Sequence record: SRR31156797_1773
Strand: one strand, 5' to 3'
DNA length: 57,636 bases
Notes under the pieces: generated by a model
Databases searched by the model: none
What the model saw: only the letters and a program-made list of their open reading frames with translations
Told to the model about the DNA's origin: nothing
Part shown: positions 37,367-46,981 of the stretch, piece after piece
Position numbering within the stretch: the first letter of the stretch is position 1
Layout of the letters: every line of letters starts with the position of its first letter
Position numbers and translations under genes: made by a program

Positions 37367-40300
37367 ATGAAAACGTTTACCAAAATTTGTCTTTTAGCAA
37401 TGGTATTGTTGTTACCAACATTTATCATTGCACAAGAGTCACTTACTAATTTTACTGGTAACACATCCCCTGACAAACAAGAATTTATTCAGCAGCTGCA
37501 TGGTCCTACCCAGGTTGTTCCGCTTGCGATTGTTGGTGGTGGTAAGGCAGTAGGAGATGATTGTACTAATCCGGTACTTATTTCTATTGCGGATGTAGGC
37601 AGCGATCTTCCATATCAATCAGTAAGCCAAACAACTGTTGGTCGTGGCAATAACTACGACAATACCTGTTTGAACGACTTTGATGGTGGTGACGATATGA
37701 TTTACCAACTGGATTTGGATGAAGATGCTACGCTAACCTTTGAGTTGGATCCGAAGGGAACTACTTATTCAGGTTTCGCACTCAATGAGCAATGTTTCGA
37801 TAACCCAACAGCAACATGTCTTGCTGTTAGTACTGATACCTATGGTACAGGTGAAGCCCACGGTTTTGCAGTTGCACTTGAGGCAGGTACGTACTATATC
37901 ATGGTCGATTCATGGCCAAACACAAGAACATCGAGCATTCCTGATTTTGATTTGAATATTGCACTAACCAGTGACGTTCCAAACGATGAATGTGCTGATG
38001 CAGAAGAAATCAATGAGGTTATGGGCCTATTCTTCAATACGGAAGAAGCTACGTCTGCAGGTGGAGCTACTGGCGGAAGTAATATTTGGTATAAATACAC
38101 CGCAACTGTAACCGGTAATGTGGTATTCAGTGTTTGTGGTTCATTTTTCGATACCCAGCTGGCATTGTGGGATGGATGCGGTGGTAGCAATACTAACTTT
38201 AACGATGATAATTGCGGATTTGATGGCACACAATCATCTTTTACTGCATCTGTTGTTGCAGGAAATGACTACTGGATTGAGATTGGTGGTTTCGATGGAG
38301 CATCAGGTATTGGTTATCTTGATATTTATGAAGACCTAAGTGGGTGTGAATTAACTTGTCCAACAGGTGGCACACCTGAAGACGAAACCTGCGGTGACGA
38401 TGATAACGGTGGATGTAACATGGACACACCTGCTTTTACTTCGGTAAGTGATGGTGATACCATATGCGGGAATTCTTGGGCCAACTTTGGCGAAAGAGAT
38501 ACCGATTGGTTTGAAATATCAATAACTGAGGTTAGCAATATTAAACTTGCCGTTATTGGTGAAGAGGCCATGATTTTTGGTATGATTGCCCAGGTAGAGC
38601 AGGGTGGTGAAGGCTGCGATAACCTTTATGGTTATTTTGCCAGTTACAAGCAAACGGCTCCATGTATTGAAGATTCCGTTGAGTATAGTTGTTTACCTGT
38701 AGGTACCTACTATTTTATGGTTGCCCCAACAGACTTTTACAGTATAGAGTGCCCGGGTTTTGATTATCAGGCTGCCTTTACAGTTGACGCCAATCCTTAT
38801 GGTACCATTTCAGGTACTGTTGATGACGGTGCCAAAGCCGGTATCGAAGGTGTTGTTGTATCTGCTGATGTTTACAGTGCTACTACTGCCAGCGATGGTA
38901 CATACTCTATTCTTGTACCTCCGGGAACTTATGATGTGGAAGCTGATGGTTTTGATGTTGGATATTCATCATCCGTAAAATCAGGAGAAGTTGTTACGGA
39001 CGGAAATACAACAACTGTAGATTTCACCCTGAACGATATGGCACCAGTACTTACCGCATCAGCTGATGAGGATTTTGCTAAAGTTAACCTCAACTGGACA
39101 CCGATAGCTCCTCCAAAGAATTTTAAAGGTACTGATATTGTGATGGGATTTGTTGAAGCAAATTCCATGTACACACCTGGAGCAACCGAAGATATCAGTT
39201 TTACATTAACCATTTATGCACCATTCCCGGATGACCCTGATTATATTGAGTATTTTGAAATCACATTACCTGATGATTTTACCATAAACTCTGCAACTGA
39301 TTTTCCGGACGATGGTTACAATTCAACTGTGTCAGCAAATATTACCGGTCAAACGGTTAGCTGGACTACCAACTATAGCTATTTGTGGCATCAGTCCTGG
39401 GTAAGCCATGAATTTACCATAAATGTGACTTCAGACGCCGGGGCTTCCGGACCACAAGTTTGTGATTATTTGTTGAGTGGAGATGGCTGGACAGGCGATC
39501 CTGATTCTTTTGATGGACTCGTAACCATATTTGAAGAGGGTGGATCTTATGTTCCTACCTACAATGTTTACCGTGTGCTGGATGATGGTACCGGAAACGA
39601 ATTTATTCCGCTTGTGTCTAATATTCCGGATACAGAATTGTATGATGTGATCCATGAAGGAAACTGGTGTTATTTCGTTACACAAAATCTTGATGGTGGT
39701 GGTGAATCTGCAAGGTCAAATATTGTTTGTGTAGATGTTCTTGATCCTTGTGAGGATGCCATTGATTATGGTGCTCCTGGTGATGACCCCCAGGCAGCAA
39801 CATTAGAATATGAAGAACAAATTATTTGGTTCTCTTTTACAACCCTTGGTGGTGACGTACAGATATCAACCTGTGGTTCTGACTTTGATACACAATTTGC
39901 GCTCTATTCATCATGTGATGATATTCCGGAATTCCCGGATATGGTTCCAACCGGAGCAACAGATGTTGTTACCGATGGCTGTGATGATGCCGGACAGGCA
40001 GTTGGAGCAATTTGCGGCCTTGAGGCAGGTACATACTATGTAGCTGTTTATGGCGAAAATGAAGAAACAGGTGAGGTTGAACTGAATATTAATCAGGATG
40101 TTCAGTGTTTAACTATCATGGATCAGTGGAGTGGATTTTCACTTTACATTGAACCAGCCGGAAGTGATAACATCGAAGATGTATTAGCCGATATGGCTGA
40201 AGAAATGATAATCACAATACGCCAGACACCTTATGGAATCTGGTGGGTTCCTGAAAACATCAATACCATTGGTTCAATAACACCAGTATTGGGTTATAAA

Positions 40301-41263
40301 TCAAAGATGGATGGTCAGGAATCAACCATTGTTTATGGTAACGAAATTGACGACAAAACTGTTACCATTCCTGCAGGAGCAAGTTATCTGCCGGTTAGGG
40401 TTCCTTATCCAACTGATATTAATGAACTTGCCACACAGTTAGGTACTGAATTGTTGATTATATATAACATTAACAACGCTGCCGAACTTTACTGGCCCGA
40501 TGGTGGACTGAATACACTTCCTGAATTACTTCCGGATTATGCATATCAGATCAACGTTTATAATGAAGTTGATTTCACTTATCCAACAGCAAAATCCAGC
40601 CAGCCGTTAGCCGGTTTATACACACCAGCACCTTACAAAGGTGAAAATGTTGCCTGGAATGATGTTGTAAACACAGGTAATCCACATTTTATTTCAATTC
40701 AGAAAGCCGCGACTGACGAAATTATGATCGGTGACCTGATTGGGGTATTTAATGGTGATGGGCTTTGTGTAGGTGTTACTGAGGTAGTATCGCTAGATGA
40801 AAACATCCTGGTTAATGCATTCGGTGATGATGCGTATACCCTTGATGTTGTTGATGGACTTGAGGAAGGTGAAATGATGACCTTTAAATTATACAGACCA
40901 TCACTGGACGAAGAATTTGCTGTTGAAGTTTCATGGAATGCTTCAATGCCAAACAGCGATGGTACATTTGCAGTAAATGGAATGTCGATGATCACAAACT
41001 TTAAAGTGGGTTCAACTGATATTTCAGAAAGCGAGTTTGCAGCTGTTAGCATTTATCCAAACCCATCAACAGGTATGTTTAATATTGATGGCCTTCAGGC
41101 TGATGCTCAAGTTACTGTAACTAATGCACAGGGTCAGGTGATCTTTACTGGTGATGTATCTGAAAATGGATTACTTGATATGTCTGCACAACCTAAAGGT
41201 GTATATTTTATCAGATTGATGAATGATGAAGAAATGATGATCCAGAAGGTGATTCTTAAATAA
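37367..41263 (+). CDS. Large acidic T9SS-secreted modular protein (PPC-like and carboxypeptidase-regulatory-like domains, T9SS CTD)
   Basis: Signal peptide; repeated C.S.FDTQ.A.[WY]..C modules; C-terminal SIYPNPS...KGVYFIRL...KVILK. Confidence 0.92.
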   Translation: MKTFTKICLLAMVLLLPTFIIAQESLTNFTGNTSPDKQEFIQQLHGPTQVVPLAIVGGGKAVGDDCTNPVLISIADVGSDLPYQSVSQTTVGRGNNYDNTCLNDFDGGDDMIYQLDLDEDATLTFELDPKGTTYSGFALNEQCFDNPTATCLAVSTDTYGTGEAHGFAVALEAGTYYIMVDSWPNTRTSSIPDFDLNIALTSDVPNDECADAEEINEVMGLFFNTEEATSAGGATGGSNIWYKYTATVTGNVVFSVCGSFFDTQLALWDGCGGSNTNFNDDNCGFDGTQSSFTASVVAGNDYWIEIGGFDGASGIGYLDIYEDLSGCELTCPTGGTPEDETCGDDDNGGCNMDTPAFTSVSDGDTICGNSWANFGERDTDWFEISITEVSNIKLAVIGEEAMIFGMIAQVEQGGEGCDNLYGYFASYKQTAPCIEDSVEYSCLPVGTYYFMVAPTDFYSIECPGFDYQAAFTVDANPYGTISGTVDDGAKAGIEGVVVSADVYSATTASDGTYSILVPPGTYDVEADGFDVGYSSSVKSGEVVTDGNTTTVDFTLNDMAPVLTASADEDFAKVNLNWTPIAPPKNFKGTDIVMGFVEANSMYTPGATEDISFTLTIYAPFPDDPDYIEYFEITLPDDFTINSATDFPDDGYNSTVSANITGQTVSWTTNYSYLWHQSWVSHEFTINVTSDAGASGPQVCDYLLSGDGWTGDPDSFDGLVTIFEEGGSYVPTYNVYRVLDDGTGNEFIPLVSNIPDTELYDVIHEGNWCYFVTQNLDGGGESARSNIVCVDVLDPCEDAIDYGAPGDDPQAATLEYEEQIIWFSFTTLGGDVQISTCGSDFDTQFALYSSCDDIPEFPDMVPTGATDVVTDGCDDAGQAVGAICGLEAGTYYVAVYGENEETGEVELNINQDVQCLTIMDQWSGFSLYIEPAGSDNIEDVLADMAEEMIITIRQTPYGIWWVPENINTIGSITPVLGYKSKMDGQESTIVYGNEIDDKTVTIPAGASYLPVRVPYPTDINELATQLGTELLIIYNINNAAELYWPDGGLNTLPELLPDYAYQINVYNEVDFTYPTAKSSQPLAGLYTPAPYKGENVAWNDVVNTGNPHFISIQKAATDEIMIGDLIGVFNGDGLCVGVTEVVSLDENILVNAFGDDAYTLDVVDGLEEGEMMTFKLYRPSLDEEFAVEVSWNASMPNSDGTFAVNGMSMITNFKVGSTDISESEFAAVSIYPNPSTGMFNIDGLQADAQVTVTNAQGQVIFTGDVSENGLLDMSAQPKGVYFIRLMNDEEMMIQKVILK

Positions 41264-41283
41264 AATATGATTTCAGTGTTTTT

Positions 41284-41316
41284 AAAACCTGCTTCTGTAT
41301 GGGAGCAGGTTTTTTT
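41284..41316 (+). terminator. Intrinsic terminator
   Basis: AAAACCTGCTTC-TGTATG-GGAGCAGGTTTT followed by Ts. Confidence 0.88.
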
Positions 41317-41330
41317 ATTGATGATAATTC

Positions 41331-42035
41331 ATGCATTGGTTTTTTAACAGGGAGATTCAGGGACAAACATTTGTAACCTCGCCGGATGAGTCAAGGCATA
41401 TCTCTAAAGTGCTTAGGATGCTGCCGGGAGACGAAGCCATTTTCACGGATGGTGTTGGTAATTTGTATTTTTGTGAGCTTCTGGATAATCATCCCAAACA
41501 TTGTAGTTTTAATGTTGCCAGAAAGGATACCATATCCATGGATAAAAGGTACCATTTACATTTGGCAGTTGCCCCAACAAAGAATATTTCCCGTTTTGAA
41601 TGGTTTCTTGAAAAAGCCACTGAAATTGGTATTGACGAAATTACCCCATTAATTTGTGATCATTCTGAGCGGATTAAGTTAAATATCGACAGGCTCGAAC
41701 GAATTCTCATCGCTGCACTTAAGCAATCTCAACAAGCATGGTTACCCCAATTAAATCAACCCAAAGCTTTTTCTGAATTCATTCAGAATATGGCAGGCAG
41801 TTCATCAGGGTATATTGCATGGGTTAGTAAAGAACACGATACCTTGCTGAAGGACCATTACAAACCCGAAACAGATGCTGTGATTTTGATTGGCCCTGAA
41901 GGGGATTTTAGCCATACTGAAATTAAGCTTGCGCTTGACCATAAATTTAAACCAATAAGTTTGGGTGAAAATCGTTTAAGAACCGAAACAGCAGCACTTG
42001 TTGCCTGCCATACAATTGTTTTATTGAATCAGTGA
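41331..42035 (+). CDS. rsmE: 16S rRNA (uracil1498-N3)-methyltransferase RsmE
   Basis: HISKVLRM, EKATEIGI, A.KQS, IGPEGDFS..E, SLGENRLRTETA. Confidence 0.95.
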   Translation: MHWFFNREIQGQTFVTSPDESRHISKVLRMLPGDEAIFTDGVGNLYFCELLDNHPKHCSFNVARKDTISMDKRYHLHLAVAPTKNISRFEWFLEKATEIGIDEITPLICDHSERIKLNIDRLERILIAALKQSQQAWLPQLNQPKAFSEFIQNMAGSSSGYIAWVSKEHDTLLKDHYKPETDAVILIGPEGDFSHTEIKLALDHKFKPISLGENRLRTETAALVACHTIVLLNQ

Positions 42036-42040
42036 TTTTT

Positions 42041-42697
42041 ATGAAAAGGATTTTATGCTTATTAATTGGCGCTTTATTACTTAGTTCTGCCAGTCCGCCT
42101 GAAGGTTCGGTGAGTATCGCTTTGTTAAAATACAATGGTGGGGGAGACTGGTATGCCAATCCGACTTCTCTTCCAAATCTGATCAGGTATTGTAACATCA
42201 ATCTAAACACAACAATTAATCCTGATCCAGCAACTGTTGAAGTGGGGAGTGCTGAAATTTATAATTATCCCTTTTTACATATGACTGGTCACGGAAATGT
42301 AGTGTTTTCAAACCAGGAAGCAAAAAACCTCAGAGAGTATCTGATTGGCGGTGGTTTTTTACACATCGACGATAACTATGGAATGGATAAATTCATCAGA
42401 CCTCAATTGAAAAAAGTATTTCCTGAACTAGATCTGATTGAACTCCCTTTTGATCACCCTATTTACCATCAGAAATATAATTTTGAAAGTGGCCCTCCAA
42501 AAATACATGAACATGATAACAAGGCTCCACAAGGTTTTGGCTTGTTTTGGGAGGGCAGAATGATTGTGTATTATACCTATGAAACTGATTTGGGTGATGG
42601 ATGGGAAGATTTCGAGGTACATAAGGACTCGGAAGAAACCCGCACAAAGGCTCTGAAGATGGGAGCTAATCTAATTCAATATGTTTTTACGCAGTAA
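42041..42697 (+). CDS. DUF4159 domain secreted protein
   Basis: KYNGGGDWYANP, YPFLHMTGHGN, GGFLHIDDNYG, PKIHEHD, DLGDGWED; alternative GTG start at 42032. Confidence 0.85.
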   Translation: MKRILCLLIGALLLSSASPPEGSVSIALLKYNGGGDWYANPTSLPNLIRYCNINLNTTINPDPATVEVGSAEIYNYPFLHMTGHGNVVFSNQEAKNLREYLIGGGFLHIDDNYGMDKFIRPQLKKVFPELDLIELPFDHPIYHQKYNFESGPPKIHEHDNKAPQGFGLFWEGRMIVYYTYETDLGDGWEDFEVHKDSEETRTKALKMGANLIQYVFTQ

Positions 42698-42722
42698 TCC
42701 TAGATTTTAATAACTGCCTGCA

Positions 42723-43820
42723 TTACTTCTGGTTCATGAGTCGATGCTGTTCCTTTTGAATCTGTTCCATGAGCATCTCTAGGTTTTTCCTGTTTTCGGA
42801 TAATGTAAGTGCAAGTCTAGCAGGGGCATCAATCTCATTAAAGAGCTTTAGAACTTCGTGTGCTTTCTCTTCAAGGTTTTTAAGTTGATTTTTAATTGAT
42901 TCTGTGTTTTTCGGAAACCTGCCGCCTCTTTCATTCATTTCGTTTGCGTAGCTGTTATACCCTGCAACTACTTCGTTGAACTTTTCTATAGCCAGATTGT
43001 GAAGATCAACCTGGCGATTAGCAACATACACATTGTACCTGCGGTTTAGATTGGAATAATATCCCCTGACCATGGTATTCGCAATTCCAAATTCCTTCAC
43101 CCGATCCATAGATTCTTTAACCTGTTGTTCTTCACTGAGTGAAAAATAATTGTGTATATCCTTATTAACATCAAATTCCTGATTGCCCTGAATAAACATT
43201 CCTTTTTTAAAATTTTCGTGGCTCACAGGATTTGGGAGGAATTGAAACAAAGGATCGAAGGGCATATGGCTTTTGATCATTTCATCCGGAGAAACCATAA
43301 AATAATTATCCCTGAATTCCTGCTTGTAGGATGAACCATCGAAATATCCGGAACCCCAGGTGGGATCGAATAAGTGCCATGTGGTGTCGATCATCAGTGC
43401 GTTCCAGGCGTGAGGAACTTTATCAATTTTGCCATTTTGCAGGGTGTAACCAGATACCACAGTAGATTTAAAACCCGATGCAACGGCCAGTGCATGAAAA
43501 ACTTCGGCGTAATGTTGGCAGACACCTTTGCGCTTTTCGAGAGCTTCTTTTACCACCTGGGCGCTTTCAAATCCCATTGTAACATTCTCAACCCCCAGGA
43601 AATCATACGATATGTTTCGCACAACCCATTCGTAAATAGCATATGCTCTGTTGCGATCGGAGATTTTATTCTTTGTCAATTCAAATGCCAGTGAATCAAC
43701 CGTTTTATTAACTTCAACTGAGACTGGTTGATCAACAGGAATCCCTTGTCCGGAAAGTGCACCAGCCAAAACTGAAAAAAACAAAATCAGCAGAATAATT
43801 TTTAAATTAAATTGAATCAT
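42723..43820 (-). CDS. Transglutaminase-like domain secreted protein
   Basis: WVVRNISYD, GVCQHYA (Cys), HAWNA (His), DPTWGSG (Asp). Confidence 0.9.
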   Translation of the reverse strand: MIQFNLKIILLILFFSVLAGALSGQGIPVDQPVSVEVNKTVDSLAFELTKNKISDRNRAYAIYEWVVRNISYDFLGVENVTMGFESAQVVKEALEKRKGVCQHYAEVFHALAVASGFKSTVVSGYTLQNGKIDKVPHAWNALMIDTTWHLFDPTWGSGYFDGSSYKQEFRDNYFMVSPDEMIKSHMPFDPLFQFLPNPVSHENFKKGMFIQGNQEFDVNKDIHNYFSLSEEQQVKESMDRVKEFGIANTMVRGYYSNLNRRYNVYVANRQVDLHNLAIEKFNEVVAGYNSYANEMNERGGRFPKNTESIKNQLKNLEEKAHEVLKLFNEIDAPARLALTLSENRKNLEMLMEQIQKEQHRLMNQK

Positions 43821-44063
43821 TGAGATACATAACGACCAATCAACATATTTCGGTATCTGTTTTCATTTGAAAACACGTATAAAGTGTTGTGTTATTAAAC
43901 CGAAATTTCGAAAATATCCTGGATTTGTCAGTGCTTATTTAAACCACACATGCAGAACAAGTACCTTTATCTTGCAAACTAATTTTTTGAGGTGGCCTCT
44001 ACAGCATTTGTCCTGGGCTCGCCAGAGCCTGCTCCGAAACAACTAAGCAAAGTAAGTCGTTTT

Positions 44064-46883
44064 TCAACTTGATTTTATAAACTTTATATTCGTTGTTTCC
44101 ACCGGTGAAATTATCCGCAGAAAATATGTTCCGGGAACCAGATTGGATGTATTAAAATGCATCTTTTGCATTCCCTGGTCTGACATACCATGCTGCATAG
44201 TTTTAATGAAACGCCCATTGATGTCGTAGAGTCCGATGGTTAGTTTGCAACTTCGTTTCAGATCGTAGGTCAGAAAAGTTTCATTTATACAGGGATTTGG
44301 AGAAATTGCGGCATCGGAGATGACATGCCTGTCTGTTTCATTCATCCCCGAAGAAGCATCGAAATAGCTGCTGTAAATGCCGTTGCCCTGCGTGGCGATA
44401 GCCGTGTATCCATCCACGTTGCGCGCATCGATCATGTCAACCATGATGGAGCCAATGGTTTCAGCTCCCTCCTGTGTCCAGACTGTGTTTTCTCCGTCTA
44501 TCTCATAAGTTGACCACAATCCCACTGTTGTACCCGCATAGTAAATGGTATTGTTGTTATATGTCAATGATTTTACCCAGCGAACAGATGGGCCGTAGCC
44601 ACTGCCATCCGCAAAGTGCTCCAGGTTTCCACTAACGTGTGACCAGTTTATTCCGCCATCATCCGTATAAAAAATGCTTTGGACGCCGTAATTTGAGAAA
44701 ACCACAAACAGTTTGTCGGCATTGTTTTCATCCACATCAACGCAGGCGGTGTAGGCATTCAACGGGAATTCAGAGCCTGTGATTTCAGTGGCAGGTGGGC
44801 TGCCGGAGTGGGCGTCGTCCACCCGATACACATGCCCGTTGTTGGTACCGAAGAACAATTTGTTGGCCGGATTTTTAGAAACGGTAAGTGCAGTGATTTC
44901 CACGGATTCGCTCAACTGGATATTATTCAGCTGTTCCCATCCGGTGTTGCGCAGATTGGTGTCGTAAGCCGCAGTTTTCATATTGGTTTTTCGCCAAAGA
45001 CTGTTGATGGTGGGCAGGTAGAAAGTTTCGTTGTTGTTGGGGTCGAGAGCAAAATTGCAATAAAACGGAAATTCGGGGTTTGATCCGATGATCGGATTAT
45101 AAAAACTCAGCAGAGTATCAGGTGTTTGGTAATAGATGTCGATGGTATGCATGGTTTCATCAAACCGGGTTGTCCAGATGTTTCCGCTGTAAGCCGAAAC
45201 AATGGCATATTCATGATTGTCGGCAACTTTGCACGAAAAGCCGTCGTAGTATAAGTCCACGCTAAACCAGAATTCAGCAGGATCATCGGTTGGGGTGAAG
45301 TACCAGTTATTGTCCTGCAACCCGCCCAGGATGAAATCATCATCCCCATCGGCGTGATCTATCGTAACAGAATAAAACTGTGAGGTGGCGAGGTTTGTAT
45401 TCAGCCGGTTCCAGAAAATATCATTTGCCATACAATTTTCGGTGAAGATGATTCCACCGTCACAAGCAGCAAAAAATGTGTTTGGATCGGAAGGCAGGAA
45501 GGCAAAACCATGCTGGTCAGGGTGGAGCAAATGAATGGAATCCATATCGAAGGGATCGCCGCCCATCCAAGATGTATGCAGTGTATCGGCAAACCCGGTG
45601 GTGGATCTGAATAAACTCATGCCACCCATAAACACTACATTTTCATCATCGGGTTTCACTGCCAGTTCAAAAGTATATCCACCATAAGATATCAGTGCTT
45701 CAGGATAGCTCAGGAAGTCGCCTTTTCCGCCTCCAAACATGGTTTCGGTGCGGTCCTCCCAGGTAATGGCTGAGTCGGCAGGATTGTTTGTCATTTTCCA
45801 GAAAGTATTATCAGAATTAAAAATGCCGGAGTAAGGTACATGCACCTCCGACGGTTTTTCGGTCATCAGGTACATGATATTTTCGTTGGAAGGCGCTATG
45901 GCCAGTTTCATTACCCGGGTAACGTCAGGAAGGTTTTCGGGCGTGATGTCTTCCCAGGTAATGCCGTCAAACGATCGCCAGACTCCGGCTTTCTGAGGAC
46001 GCATGATGGACGTGGTGTATGAACTGAGTGCTGCATATAATACACCATTGGAAGTTATGGCTACGTCGGTGGCAAAAGATTTATTGGTGAGGTCGCCAAG
46101 TGTTATTGCCCAGGTTTCACCACTATCCTCTGAGCGCATGATTGCGCCATAGCAGGCTGCATACACGATGTCTTTATCAGGATTTGAAGGGTCAGTAACG
46201 ATATCCCATACCCCCTGAAAAACCCCATTCAATTGTCCCGGGTTTCCACCTTGTGTTGATTCGAGAGGTTCCCATGAAGCGCCGTTATCCGTTGATTTAA
46301 AAATCCCGTTTCCAACGCCAATTGTCCTTACGTTTGTACTCACATTGCGGTTGGTGGTGTTCAGGATTTCCCCGGTGCCATAGTACCAGGTATCTGTTTT
46401 ACCCTCCCGCTTATCCTGAACCAGGCAGGTAGCACTTTGCTCCCCGATGGCAGGCGTAACTTTGCTCCACGATGCACCGCTGTTGGTGCTGCGCCACATG
46501 CCTCCGCTGGCACTTCCGGCCAACATGTGGGTTTCATCCATTATATCAATTGCTATGCACAACATGCGGCCACCCACGTTATTTGGCCCCCGGTGGGTCC
46601 ATTCTTGTGAGTCTTTCGACTTGTATGTGGCTGCCATCTCTTTCACATATTCCAGTTCCAGCGCCCGGATATTTTCAGGAATTTTGCCGGTTTCCGGATT
46701 TCGGGTCTTCAGGTATTCTACCTCCGCATTGTGCAATGCAAAATGACCTTTGGCCAGTTTTTTATGGAGATGCTGCGAAAAGTTAGTTGTGGTTTGCGAA
46801 TTCTGATATTGAAACACAAATACCGTTGTGATGATTAGCCCAATGATGGCTGTCATCCATTTCATTTTTTGTAAAGTTTGCAT
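44064..46883 (-). CDS. T9SS-secreted BNR/Asp-box beta-propeller protein (sortilin/GH74-like fold)
   Basis: WTHRGPNNVGGR, ASGGMWRSTNSGASW, repeated S.D.G..W boxes, HPDQH, CDGGI; C-terminal ISPNP...GTYFLRI...KFIK. Confidence 0.88.
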   Translation of the reverse strand: MQTLQKMKWMTAIIGLIITTVFVFQYQNSQTTTNFSQHLHKKLAKGHFALHNAEVEYLKTRNPETGKIPENIRALELEYVKEMAATYKSKDSQEWTHRGPNNVGGRMLCIAIDIMDETHMLAGSASGGMWRSTNSGASWSKVTPAIGEQSATCLVQDKREGKTDTWYYGTGEILNTTNRNVSTNVRTIGVGNGIFKSTDNGASWEPLESTQGGNPGQLNGVFQGVWDIVTDPSNPDKDIVYAACYGAIMRSEDSGETWAITLGDLTNKSFATDVAITSNGVLYAALSSYTTSIMRPQKAGVWRSFDGITWEDITPENLPDVTRVMKLAIAPSNENIMYLMTEKPSEVHVPYSGIFNSDNTFWKMTNNPADSAITWEDRTETMFGGGKGDFLSYPEALISYGGYTFELAVKPDDENVVFMGGMSLFRSTTGFADTLHTSWMGGDPFDMDSIHLLHPDQHGFAFLPSDPNTFFAACDGGIIFTENCMANDIFWNRLNTNLATSQFYSVTIDHADGDDDFILGGLQDNNWYFTPTDDPAEFWFSVDLYYDGFSCKVADNHEYAIVSAYSGNIWTTRFDETMHTIDIYYQTPDTLLSFYNPIIGSNPEFPFYCNFALDPNNNETFYLPTINSLWRKTNMKTAAYDTNLRNTGWEQLNNIQLSESVEITALTVSKNPANKLFFGTNNGHVYRVDDAHSGSPPATEITGSEFPLNAYTACVDVDENNADKLFVVFSNYGVQSIFYTDDGGINWSHVSGNLEHFADGSGYGPSVRWVKSLTYNNNTIYYAGTTVGLWSTYEIDGENTVWTQEGAETIGSIMVDMIDARNVDGYTAIATQGNGIYSSYFDASSGMNETDRHVISDAAISPNPCINETFLTYDLKRSCKLTIGLYDINGRFIKTMQHGMSDQGMQKMHFNTSNLVPGTYFLRIISPVETTNIKFIKSS

Positions 46884-46981
46884 GATACTGAGAATGTTAT
46901 GGTTAATAATCAGAAGTTCACAGCTCAGAAGGTGTAAATATACGAAAATATATACCCTATTTTAAACAATGTCAGCAATTT